Shown here: in pieces, positions 38,349 through 50,512 of the stretch
Numbering within the stretch: the stretch's first letter is position 1
Layout: each line of letters starts with the position of its first letter
From: Octopus vulgaris
Lineage: Eukaryota
Assembly (NCBI GenBank): GCA_951406725.2
Contig: OX597821.1
Location: 88,350,001-88,414,000 of the forward strand
DNA: 64,000 bases
Direction: 5' to 3'
Notes under the pieces: generated by a model
Told to the model about the DNA's origin: nothing
The model's input: the letters and a program-made list of their open reading frames with translations, nothing else
Databases searched by the model: none
Made by a program: the position numbers and the translations under genes

Positions 38349-38600
38349 TGTTGTTTTTGCCAAGTTAGAGGAAATGGAACACATAAGCGCAAAAATAGAG
38401 GTCATTAAATGCTTGATTTTAAAACCAAAATAATTGAATTTTGATTGAACCTCATCCAAGTTTAGCTTAATTCGCGCGTGCATAGAACGCACGAGCGCAC
38501 GAGCCGGGCAATACTGCTAGTATTGAATAAAATCATATTTAACTGATCTTCCGGTATTTTCTTTTATCCAAAACTAGAAAACTTTCCGTACCCGCTCGTA
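37491..38600 (+). mobile_element. Short mariner deletion derivative split by a Helitron
   Basis: Joining 37631 to 38521 restores ELEKLSDCSNKCANLIGEHIE*, the typical mariner transposase end. Degenerate TIRs TGCGAGAGGATGCTG... and ...CCGTACCCGCTCGTA. Confidence 0.7.
37632..38520 (+). mobile_element. Non-autonomous Helitron
   Basis: A|TCTATATATATAAAA start and GCCGGGCAATACTGCTAG|T end (3' end like the 3663/17785 family). No TSD; boundaries confirmed by the rejoined mariner frame. Confidence 0.88.
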
Positions 38601-39484
38601 TATTTTTAGCTATAACATGACATATTTTCAACCAAAAATAAATAACCAGCATTCAGAGAAGGTACGGTATTCAAATTTATTGTTGATGTGATTACCTATC
38701 GCAAGACGTTTTAAATGTCTTCTCTAAGAAGACGGTCTATTAGTGCCAATTCACTTAGCAGAGAAGGTTTGGTGAGGGTTGTCAACTGGTGAGACTTCAG
38801 CATCTGAGGATTCATTATCGGAAGAGAAGGAGGTCATAGTTTGTAGATCACATTTTCCATTGCACGATCTGGAAATCTGGATCCATCGAGACCTCCAGGT
38901 GGATAGATACTCGGTGAGAGGTTCAGAATAGGGCGACCAATTTCACTCGCTCTAACGTTGGGAAGAATCTAGGTCTGAAAGAACATTAAGAGAGGAATAT
39001 ATCATCTTATATAATCGCCTCCATTTGCAGCCAACACCATCTGAGTTGAAAACTGAACATACTGTGGATGATGCGCAGTCACGCATTGAGCCTATGACAT
39101 CTCCAATATTTCCAACATTACCTCAACGGTTAAAGTATGTGATCACTGATAATCCGACGCGTGTTTCCGTAACCCGTGCCCGACAAAATTTGGAAACACG
39201 AGTCAATGGAAAAAATGGAGTACTTGACATTTGGTATACCATGCCATAGCGTCTCTCAACAAGTTGAGCAATGATGTAGGAGTTCTAATTTAGAAGTGAC
39301 GGTGAGTGAAAACGTCGACGTTGGCCAAAATATTCTGAGCATCGAGAGAAAACGACTGGCTGTATTTAGAGCCAGGAATTACAGATGATGCCCAGAACAA
39401 TCTGATCTGGTCTTCCACTCCACCCACAAATTTGGATGATTATAACTTTCAGAAAAAATGGTTGTTTTTTAATGAAACTGAAAC

Positions 39485-39618
39485 ATATTTTATCGAACCC
39501 GAAAGAATGAAAGGCAAAGTCGACCTCGGTGGAATTTCAACTCAGAACGTAAAGACAGGCGAAAAACCGGTAAGCATTACGCTCGGCGTGCTAACATTTC
39601 TGCCAGCTCGCCGTCTTG
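39485..39618 (-). mobile_element. SINE-C 5' part
   Basis: Homology to 43265-43400. Confidence 0.85.
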
Positions 39619-39783
39619 AAACTTGAAGTAAAAATAACACATATGGAACTAAGAGTACTGACTTTCACTTTTGAAACCAGCACAGTCTTTACATTCTGCA
39701 GTCGGTAAGACACAGTCGTGTATGGCAATGTATACTTGAATGAGTTTTGAGTCAAAATCCCCGAGCACTCTCTGGTTCGGGAG

Positions 39784-40036
<253 letters not shown>

Positions 40037-40068
40037 TATATACACTCATACATACACATATATACACT

Positions 40069-40114
<46 letters not shown>

Positions 40115-40115
<1 letters not shown>

Positions 40116-40199
40116 TGCCGAACCGCCAAGTTACAGGGATGTAAACACACCAGCATCGGTTGTCAAGCGATGTTAGTGGACAAACATAGACACACAAAC

Positions 40200-40238
<39 letters not shown>

Positions 40239-40243
40239 AACAC

Positions 40244-40307
<64 letters not shown>

Positions 40308-40449
40308 GGCTTCTTTCAGTTTCCATCTACCAAATCCAGTCACAAGGCTTTGGTTAGCCCGTGAACATTGTAGAAGGTGCCATGCAGTGGGACTGAACCC
40401 GGAACCATGTGGTTGATCAGCAAGTTACTTACAACGAAGACACTCCTAC
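40115..40449 (-). mobile_element. SINE-A lacking its 3' tail
   Basis: Homology to 19309-19600. Confidence 0.85.
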
Positions 40450-40559
40450 ACAAATATATATATATGTGTATATACCGATCTATCTTGTTCTTTTTCTTTC
40501 TCTTATTCAGTGTCTCTTTCCACGAATTAAAACATTTGATACCTAGATGTTAAGTGTAG

Positions 40560-41037
40560 TGGAAAATAGTCAACACCCAAGTCCCAAATTCAAAATCCTC
40601 GCAATTTTTCAAGCATGCTCTATCCTCATGTTAATTCCAGTTTCTCCGACATCACATGGTTGTTAGTGCTCCGCTTGACTGTTCAGCTACTGGTTTGACG
40701 GATATTCTATTCATTGCCAACATTCTTATAATTTCGTCTTCTAGTAACTTTCATTTTCCCACATTTTCCAGCTCCTTGTCAATTAAGCATGCAGTCCCCG
40801 TATGGCAATATCTATAATTTTAGTTTCATTGTTCCTTTTTATCTGCTTGAACGATGTCAGATCTTCGGGCATCTGTTAAGAAATCACAATGGATTGTAAA
40901 ATTCTGCAAGATCTAATATTTATTATTTTCTGTGACGTCTTCTGATTCCCGTTCGTACCATTTCCGTGCTGATCCAAAACCGAACTTCTAGCTCAATATC
41001 CAGTGAACAAACTTAGCCACGTTATCGCGCCTCAGAA
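40560..41037 (-). pseudogene. R4/Dong-type non-LTR element C-terminal relic next to (TAA)n
   Basis: Minus, across stops and frameshifts: RRDNVAKFVHW...KWYERESEDVTEN...IL.NFTIHCD...ARRSDIV..DK...IIDIAI.GD....KE.E. Confidence 0.78.
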
Positions 41038-41039
<2 letters not shown>

Positions 41040-41121
<82 letters not shown>

Positions 41122-41180
41122 CATTATTATTATTATTATTATTATCATTATTATTATTATTATTGTTATTATTATTATTA
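41040..41180. repeat. (ATT)n microsatellite
   Basis: Directly visible. Confidence 0.95.
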
Positions 41181-41604
41181 ATTTAAAAACTATCAATTTT
41201 ATAATGACTTAATGTGTAGGTAAAGAAAGTATTGCGCTAATTTATCACGTTTTCTACTTAACAGATTTCAGTTATTTAATCCTAAATTGCTGTCAAATTA
41301 ATTATAGAATATAAGAAATAAGAAAGCTGAATTGATTTTCTAATGTTTGAGTTATCATTATATAAAGTGGAATTAATTCTTTGAATGACATATCCATTCA
41401 TTGGTGTTATATTTACAATTTGGAAAGTTGATTCAACAAAGAGCGTAAAAAATTGTTGCATCATATCGTTTGATGTACATGAAATTGCTTCCTAGATCTG
41501 AGCTTTAGAGTTTGTGCGTGTTTATATGTACGGTTAGTGTTTGTACGTGATTAAGTATGAGCGCTAACACGCAATGCATATATATTTATATATTTACATA
41601 TGCC

Positions 41605-41638
<34 letters not shown>

Positions 41639-41668
41639 AAGAGAGAGGGAGAGAGAGAGAGAGAAAGA

Positions 41669-41735
<67 letters not shown>

Positions 41736-42019
41736 GTATATATACATATATATGTATATTTATCTATATCGACATGTATGTATGTATGTATCTATCAATC
41801 AATCTATCTCACTCTCTCTCTCTCTCTCTCTCTCAATCAATATATATATATATATATATATCCCAGAATACACATACATACTTAAAACACACACACACAC
41901 ACACATACAAATACATATACATGTATGCATGCATTTATATATTCATAAACACTTGGAAATTTTCTCATATATTTAATATTAACTTATATATACAAACACA
42001 TTTCACATATTTAGCATAC

Positions 42020-42159
42020 CTCTACTACCACTAATCCTACTGCTGCTGCTGCTGCTACTACTACTACTACTACTACAACAACTACTACTACTACTACTAC
42101 TAATAATAATAATAATAATGATGACGTTGATGATGACGATGACGATGATGATAATGATG

Positions 42160-42202
<43 letters not shown>

Positions 42203-42245
42203 TAATAATAACAAAAACAATATTAATGATAACAATAATAATAAT
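42020..42245. repeat. Compound trinucleotide microsatellite (CTG/CTA/TAA/TGA)
   Basis: Directly visible. Confidence 0.9.
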
Positions 42246-43167
42246 ATACAAATTCACTACACAAGTGCACAAGTTATTTAATATTGGTGACATTAAATCA
42301 TCATACCTATAGAAACCGATTACAGTATATTGAGTTTGTGATAATTTCTCTCTCAAATTAGATATAAATGATTCTCTTCTTATTAAACTACTCTTCAATT
42401 TTATCTTCAAATGTGTTCTTGTCTGTCAGTGTATTTGTTGTTTTTCCAATCTGAAATTGATGTTTATACAAGTGTAATTATGTAATGTTTAATATCGTTC
42501 AAATATAGACATACATGTGCGTTTGTGTGTGTATGTATATATATATATATATGTGTGTGTGTTTGTGTGTCTGTGTGTGTGTGTGTGTATTTTAAGATGA
42601 AGAGTGATGTATTGAATGCGTAAGCAATAAATTCTTAATTTATTGAGAATTCTCTCAGAGTTGCAGACAGGAAAAAGAAGAAAAAAAAAAGATGAGAAAA
42701 CAAACAGCTAGTGCAATTATTAACGATGCTCAAAGACTCGCTGAATGACATCAAGAAGATAGTTTTCAGTTTATTCTGTGTCGTTAGGGAAGGAAAATGT
42801 CCGATCTATTATCAGTGGGAAGTTAGATTTACGGATATATATTTTAGTCTAATTACCCTCATCAATGTAGTAAAAGCTTCATACGCATATTTTGGCCAAT
42901 GATAACTGGCATAATTTAGATTGAAAAGAGGTAAAGAAAATAAATGTAACGGAAAAGATGGCAATCAGTTTAAAGATGATCTACAGCATGCTGCCCGAAA
43001 TTTATTATCAAATCATTAAAATTCCGTCTGTGTTGATGACGGAAAACAAAAATCTAGTAATATTTATTAAAGAAACTTATATAAAAGTAATGAAATCTGT
43101 TAGTGAGTCTCGCATTTCTCGTTTCTCATGTCAAAACGGAAAAAAAAAATCTCCAGTGCCTAATTCT

Positions 43168-43400
43168 TATTTCTTTATTGCCCAAAAGGGGCTAAACATA
43201 GAGGGGAGAAACAAGGGCAGACAAATGGGTTAAGTCGATTACATTGACCCCAGTGCGCAACTGGTACTTAGTTTATCGACCCTGAAAGGATGAAAGGCAA
43301 AGTCAACCTCGGCAGAATGTGAACTCAGAAAACAGCGGCAGACAAAATACCACAAAGCATTTCGCCCGGTGTGCTAATGTTTCTGCCAGCTCGCCGCCTT
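43168..43400 (-). mobile_element. SINE-C, full length
   Basis: Minus: AAGGCGGCGAGCTGGCAGAA head, B-box-like GAGTTCACATTC, tail GGGCAATAAAGAAATA. Confidence 0.9.
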
Positions 43401-43407
43401 AATACTA

Positions 43408-43655
43408 AATGTGCCCTTTCCAAGCGTAGCCAGGCCCATGGGTTCGGTTTCCCGGTTTCTGTGGTGTATGTGTTCCCCAGCTGGAAGGGACGCCAGTCCA
43501 TCGCAGTGTTACACATTTTTGTAGCTGAGTGGACTGGAGTAACGTGAAATGAAGTGTTTTGCTCAAGAACACAATGCGTGCCCGGTCCAGGAATCGAAAC
43601 CACAATCTTACAATCATGAAGCTGATACCCTAACCACTAAGCCACGCGCCTCCAC
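43408..43655 (-). mobile_element. SINE-B, full length
   Basis: Homologous to 11031-11292 and 26581-26777. Confidence 0.9.
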
Positions 43656-44053
43656 TCCACTGCCTAATTCTACAGTACGTTGTACGTTAGTATAGGAATC
43701 TGCATATTTGCATACACACACACACATACGCATACACACGCGCGTGCGTACGCACATACACATACATATGTTAATATTTCAAAGCGTAGAATTCACGATC
43801 TCTTCGAAGTTGCAGCCTTCATGCTCTTTATGGGACTGTCTGAAGAATGATAAGCAGATGGAAACTTATAAACCACTGGGAAAACCTTTCATATAAAAGA
43901 ATAATAAATAAGCAATTCCAAAAAAAGTATTGAGTAACCCTTTAGTTCGATGTAAAATCGAAAGAAACACACATACACACACACACACACACGCACACAC
44001 ACACACAAACATACACACACACATATTTATCTTCTACTTCTTACCGGAATTAG

Positions 44054-44410
44054 ATTTCAGCCGTTTTGTAGCACCGCTTTGGAGTATTTAGGGTCGATTC
44101 ATCAATCGACCGTAGAACTATGTTTAGAAGCCTGGTACTTATTCTATCGTGCTCTTTGGTTGAACCGCTAAGTTACGGGGACGTAGAAACAGCAGCACCA
44201 GTTGTCAAACGTTTGTAGGGGACAAGCCCAGAGAGAAGGACACATACATACAGATATATACATATATATGGCAGGCTTCCATCAGTTTCTGTCTGCTAAC
44301 ACCACTGACAAGTCTTTGGTTGGCTCGAGTCTATGGTAGAAGGAACTTGAGCAAGGTGTCACTTAGTGGGACTGAACCTGGAAACACGTGGTTGGGAAGC
44401 AAGCTTCTTT
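44054..44410 (-). mobile_element. Diverged SINE-A
   Basis: GGTACTTATTCTATCG, GAACCGCTAAGTTACGGGGACGTA and AGTGGGACTGAACC blocks in SINE-A order. Confidence 0.8.
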
Positions 44411-44426
44411 AAATTCGGTCACGCTC

Positions 44427-44498
<72 letters not shown>

Positions 44499-44969
44499 CA
44501 TATATATAAATATAAAATTATAATTAAGGATTTCTAAAAGATATCACCATTCTAGAGATAGCAGTCAAATCTTTTAGATACCCTTGATTATAATTTTTAA
44601 TGATGATTATTACATATAAGGTTTTTATTCCCAAGCCGGCCACTTGATATGATCGGTATACCTTATATTAAACTTTTTAATACTTTTTCATAGTTATATA
44701 TATTCAAATATTAAAAAAAAAATTTTAATTTGAAAATTAAAAAATTAGTAATTTATTAATTTAAATTTTAAAATATTAAAAAATATAAAAATGTATAAAT
44801 ATAAATTAATAATTTTAAATTTAAATAATTTAAATAATTTAAATTTTATATTTTATATATTTTGTATATTATATAAATTATTTTTATTTTTATGTTTTGG
44901 TTTTTGTTTTTCACTGTTTGATTTACCTAATAGTGATTTTATCTCTAATTTATATATATATATATATAT

Positions 44970-45185
44970 ATTCAATTGAAAGAAACGAGCATAGACGTAT
45001 ATAATTGTGTGTGCGTGTGTGAAGTATTGTTTCGTCCATATACATAGGAGGATGTGCACGAGGAATGTATTAGCTTGATGCTCAGTGAGCGTTTGACGTC
45101 TCGAGCATAGATCTTCGTTGGAAAGAAGAAAGTCAAAAGTCCAAAGAAGGAAAAGGAATCACCAACAGCGCGCGTGTAGTTACAG
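44970..45185 (-). mobile_element. Diverged mini PLE-like element with decayed hammerhead (45092-45124)
   Basis: Minus: ttt-CCAACGA-A-gatc-tat-gctc-GAGAC-GTC-aaa. Flanks resemble 780-978. Confidence 0.5.
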
Positions 45186-45521
45186 TGCTGATGTGACCGG
45201 AAGTAGAAAGAGATAAGGTGTTTTATTGAGACGGGAGAGTGCGAAGGTGATCAATATGTGTGTGTGTGTGTGTATGTGTTGTGTGTGTGGAGGCACGTGT
45301 TTGTGTGTGTGCGTGTGAGTGAGAGAGAGAGAGAGAGAGAAAAAGAGTGGTGAGGTGGCGCATGTATAGGTGCGCTAGGGTAGCCTTGCTTGTATGCTTC
45401 TGTGCGGGAGCGTGCGTGTGTGTGTGTAGCTTGTGATGGGGTGTGACGGGTGAGATGACATTCATACATACATACCTATATAAATATATGTATATATATA
45501 TATACATATATATATATATAC

Positions 45522-45602
<81 letters not shown>

Positions 45603-46402
45603 TATGTATATTCACATATATATGTATGTATATATATTCATTTTCGTATGTATGCTTGCATTTTTACATCTATAATAGCAGCTACACACACTGACATTTC
45701 TATTTGTATATTTCTATACAAAAGGCCATAAAAGTGTGTATTATGTGTGCGTACGCCTATTTACTTAAAACAGAACCATAAGTATACTACTTTCATCGTG
45801 GGACTATACGACATAGATATAGACACATGCATGCCTCTGCAGACTTATGTTTATATATTTTACATATATAGATATACTTACATCTATAAATATAGACGTA
45901 TCTCTATGTTTAAGTGGATGATTGTTAACTGGGTGTACCACGTGTGTATTATCTATGTGCGTATATACACAGTCGCAAATTCAAAGGACCTCAGTTACAT
46001 CATTGAGAGCTTTCAATTATTTAAATGGCCATTATATTTTGGTGATGATAGCTTAATAAGACAAATGGGATCAATATCTTTTGACCTCATTATACTAGAC
46101 GTCTAGAATGTATTTTTTTATATTAAACCAAATAGACAACTTGATAGGAAATGTCCCAAAAGTCCACCTAACCCTCCTATATACATTTATTCTGCAGTCG
46201 TCTCATTAAGCCACATACACCATCATGTTCTTGTGAATGTGTCCGTGTGTGTATATATGTACGTATATATGTATACATAAATATACATGTATGTGTGTAT
46301 GTATGTATATATATATAGAGAGAGAGAGGGAGAGAGAGAGAGAAAGAGAGAGAGAGGGTGAGAGAGTGAGAGATAGATATATACATACAGATTGAGAGTG
46401 TG

Positions 46403-46793
<391 letters not shown>

Positions 46794-47173
46794 CGTATAT
46801 AATCGTGCGTGCGTGTGTGAAATATTGTTTTGTCCATATATACATTAACTATAAGCGTGTCTAGAAAACAGTTTGTTAAAGTATGATTTGATTTAAGAAG
46901 GATGCTTCATATGTATTTCTATGTCCTTTAGGTTCGCTTTGGGAAAATAACCTCCGTTTGTACAGTAATTTAGCGTCTCTAGATCCCACTCGCTTTAATT
47001 TCAAATGAAACATTGTAAATGGCGTGGTGACCGGGTGTTCTGCCGAATGTACTTTTAAATATGATATAATCGAAAGAAAACCTATCCTCTATTTGCACAC
47101 ACAAACACAGACACGCACACACTCACACACACAAACACAAACACGCAAACACATAAGCACAAACACACACAAA

Positions 47174-47215
<42 letters not shown>

Positions 47216-48259
47216 CCTTTTCCTGGGAATTATCACCCTATACCATACTTTAAGCAACAGTTCTTTACTGTTTTCCCTTTATTAATGGAATCGAGCGAGA
47301 CAATGATTGACAGCCAAGTAAAGTACCAACTTCAAACAAATAAATATACTAATATATTCAGCATTCACTCGTTTTTCAGATGTTGCGTGCAAATGAGCGC
47401 CCCTGTTTAACTATCTATCTATGCATATATGTACACACACGCGCGCGCGCACATACATATATATATATATATATAAATATATAAAACTTACTTGGAAAAG
47501 GATGCGTGGTGTTCGATCATATAATAATATAAATAATATATAAATACATGCATATATACATACATATATATACATACCTACATATATGTATATATACATG
47601 CATATATTAATACAGGACATCAAAAAATCGTTGAACACAATGAGAAACGAAAACATAGAAAACGAACTTTTTTTTGAGCAACGAAAAAAAAAAAACAAAC
47701 AGAGAAACGAGACATGCAACATAAAGAATATTCTCCTACATCAGTTGTTCATGTTTCATCTACTCCGCGTTGGGAAGGCAAGGACAAATACGCGATTTAA
47801 TTGAAACAGTCCTTCTCGCAAAACAAATTAAATCAAATTTGGGATTTTTTGCGGAGGGTAAAAGTGGTAACAAGATCAGGACAGTGAGAACAAGGCAGTC
47901 AGAACAATCGGTGAGGGCTGTTAAGTCAAGACGATAGAAAAATTATCTTGAATGCTAGGAGAACGGGCTTATCTCCTCTTATAAGAGAGATGACATTTAG
48001 TAGAGATGACACGGAAATTGTTCCTCTTTGATTACAACCGCAAACAGCAGTAACCTTCAGCTGAATAAACGTCGTTGATTCGTTAAAATTACCCAAATAC
48101 GAGAACTTTAACACGAAATAACTTCTAAACTACGAAATTTTGTCAAAACTGTCGAATGTAAGCCGTGTTCAGTGTGAGAAATTACACCAGTATACTAAGT
48201 TTCAAATTGTTTGGTTAAGAAAAACAAACTAAATAATCTGTGAGCGGAACTGAAAAGAT

Positions 48260-48326
<67 letters not shown>

Positions 48327-48520
48327 GTCAAAATGGGGGTGAAAAAATTGGATATTAATTTAATAACATCAATTTAAACATCAGTGGCCTAGTGTGTAAA
48401 AAAGACTGAGATTCGGTAAATTTTATTAATACACAAATATAAGAGAGAATCCACTATGTGGACGCTCTGACCTCGTGTTAATATATAGCGTGCGGTTCGA
48501 CAAATTATATTTTATGACGT

Positions 48521-48596
48521 ACTCCACTGATGATCCGAGAATATTTATGTAAGTAAAATTACATAATTTATTAACAGCGAAACAATTGTATGGGGT
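48521..48596 (+). ncRNA. Type I hammerhead ribozyme motif, copy 1
   Basis: actcca-CTGATGA(48527-48533)-[ttatgtaa/ttacataa helix II]-GAA-ACAATTGT-A-tggggt. Helix I 6 bp (one G-U), palindromic helix III, GUA at 48588-48590. Base of helix II is imperfect. Confidence 0.78.
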
Positions 48597-49043
48597 TAAT
48601 CTGTATTTTTGTTATTTTTCATTTGTCCTGCTCGCTTACATTCTTAGTGTACTAAATTTTTTTCTTGAGAACAATTCTTAGTGGTTGAGTCCCTTTGCGG
48701 ATCTATATCTAGCGTAAGAGCGTCCACATAGTGGATTCTCTCTCATATTTGTGTATTAATAATATTTACTGAATCTCAGTCTTTTATACGCTAGGCCACT
48801 GGTATTTAAATTGATGTTATTAAATTAATATCCAATTTTTTCACTCTCATTTTGACTTTAATTATAAATTAATATGTTCTCAAACCGGCGTAAACTACTG
48901 CAGTGAATTACTTATGCAGTATTTATTTCCGCTCGAACGAGGGCATTTGGATGTAACTGTGAATATAATCGGCCGAACTGCTCGTGTCTCTGACCTCGTG
49001 TTAATATATAGCGTGCAGTTCGACAAATTATATTTTATGACGT

Positions 49044-49119
49044 ACTCGACTGATGATCTGAGGATATTTATGTAAGTAAAATTACATAATTTATTAACAG
49101 TGAAACAATTGTATGGGGT
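49044..49119 (+). ncRNA. Type I hammerhead ribozyme motif, copy 2
   Basis: actcga-CTGATGA(49050-49056)-tctg...cagt-GAA-ACAATTGT-A-tggggt. One helix I mismatch; GUA at 49111-49113. Confidence 0.72.
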
Positions 49120-50399
49120 TTATCTATATTTTTGTTATTTTTCATTTGTACTGCCCGCTTACGTTCTTAGTGTGCTAAAATGTTTTCTTGAGAACAATAC
49201 TTTGTGGTTGAGTACCTTTGCGGATCTGTATCTAGCGTAAGAGCGTCCACATATCTATGGTCTACATGATCAAAACAACTAGACTGCTTCAAGTGCCTGG
49301 TGACACATACGGAAGATCGTACGGAGGCAAACTTAAAATATAGAATGGTATCAAAGATGGAAAAAGAGGATCTAGCAAGATTAGTGCTTTGGAGTCTACA
49401 GGCAAAGACTCTTAAATCTGATCAAGCGCTCTCAACTGTCTCAGTGATACCATAGACTACCAATTGTTTTGTTTCAATCCCTACTCAATTATACTTCAAA
49501 AATTATTAGAAATATAATGAAATATATTTCTCCGTTTTCCTCAAGTGGTATGACTAACCATAGAATGAGTGTGCTATTTCTCCTCATATGTATATTGTAG
49601 TGTGTTTGGAAATACAATATATCGATTATAAATTTAGTTTTGCTTCAAGGAGATTAACCACAATCAGTAGGTTGCTAAACATAACATAGGCAATGAGAAA
49701 GATGGCTTAAGGAAGGAAAATGCAAGAGAATTATAGGTATACAGCTCCAAGAGTAAATAGCTATGATATTCTAAGCCGCAAGAGAGTCATGTGTCTGTGC
49801 ATTTATATAGTTCCTAACACATGAAGGAGACGCTATTAATGTCGTATTAAGTAATTTTCAAAGTGTCTGCATATCAAGTTGTTTGTGATCTAGTCTTGCA
49901 ATTGAGATTTTGCCTACGAAATGTAGTTGCTTCTTGTTTGCTGCGCACAATTTTGTACTGCCTCGATATTTGTAAAAATTTCCATTCGATACTGCAGATT
50001 GAGGATATGTTTTTCGATTTTCAGCAGAATCTGTCCATTTTTAGTGTTCTTTTCATGCGCATAGATAAATGAGGATATTCAGGGATAAACTATTTGATCA
50101 AATTTCCCTTTTTCTATACCGATCTCACTTTTATGTGTTGTTGTTTTTTGTGCTTTGTAGAGATGGCATCTGCTTTATAAATTATTGCTTCTGCATTATA
50201 TGATTTTTTTTTCTACTGGGCATTTATTTATTTTGATGTATGATTTATCTTTTGTCTTGTGTGCGACATTATATTTTTCATGTTCGTGGGGCAAATATAG
50301 ATAATTTTCAGGTTACGTTAAAAAAAAAAAAATTCTGATATTCTTATGATTAAGAGGGAAGATTTGCTTATTAGATATAGTAATGATAATAATGATGAC

Positions 50400-50442
50400 A
50401 GTAATAATACCGTTAAATATGATGACGATGATGATGATGACA

Positions 50443-50499
<57 letters not shown>

Positions 50500-50512
50500 G
50501 TAATGATGGTGA
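50400..50512. repeat. (GAT)n microsatellite
   Basis: Directly visible. Confidence 0.9.

Larger units (their letters stand above)
48317..49253 (+). mobile_element. Non-autonomous PLE / retrozyme-like element: inverted arm plus 1.5 tandem copies of a 523-bp HHR-containing unit
   Basis: Inverted repeat 48317-48468 vs 48717-48866. Direct repeat 48465-48730 vs 48988-49253. One HHR per direct repeat. Homologous to the pseudo-LTR at 28095-28380. Starts in (TA)n. Confidence 0.85.
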
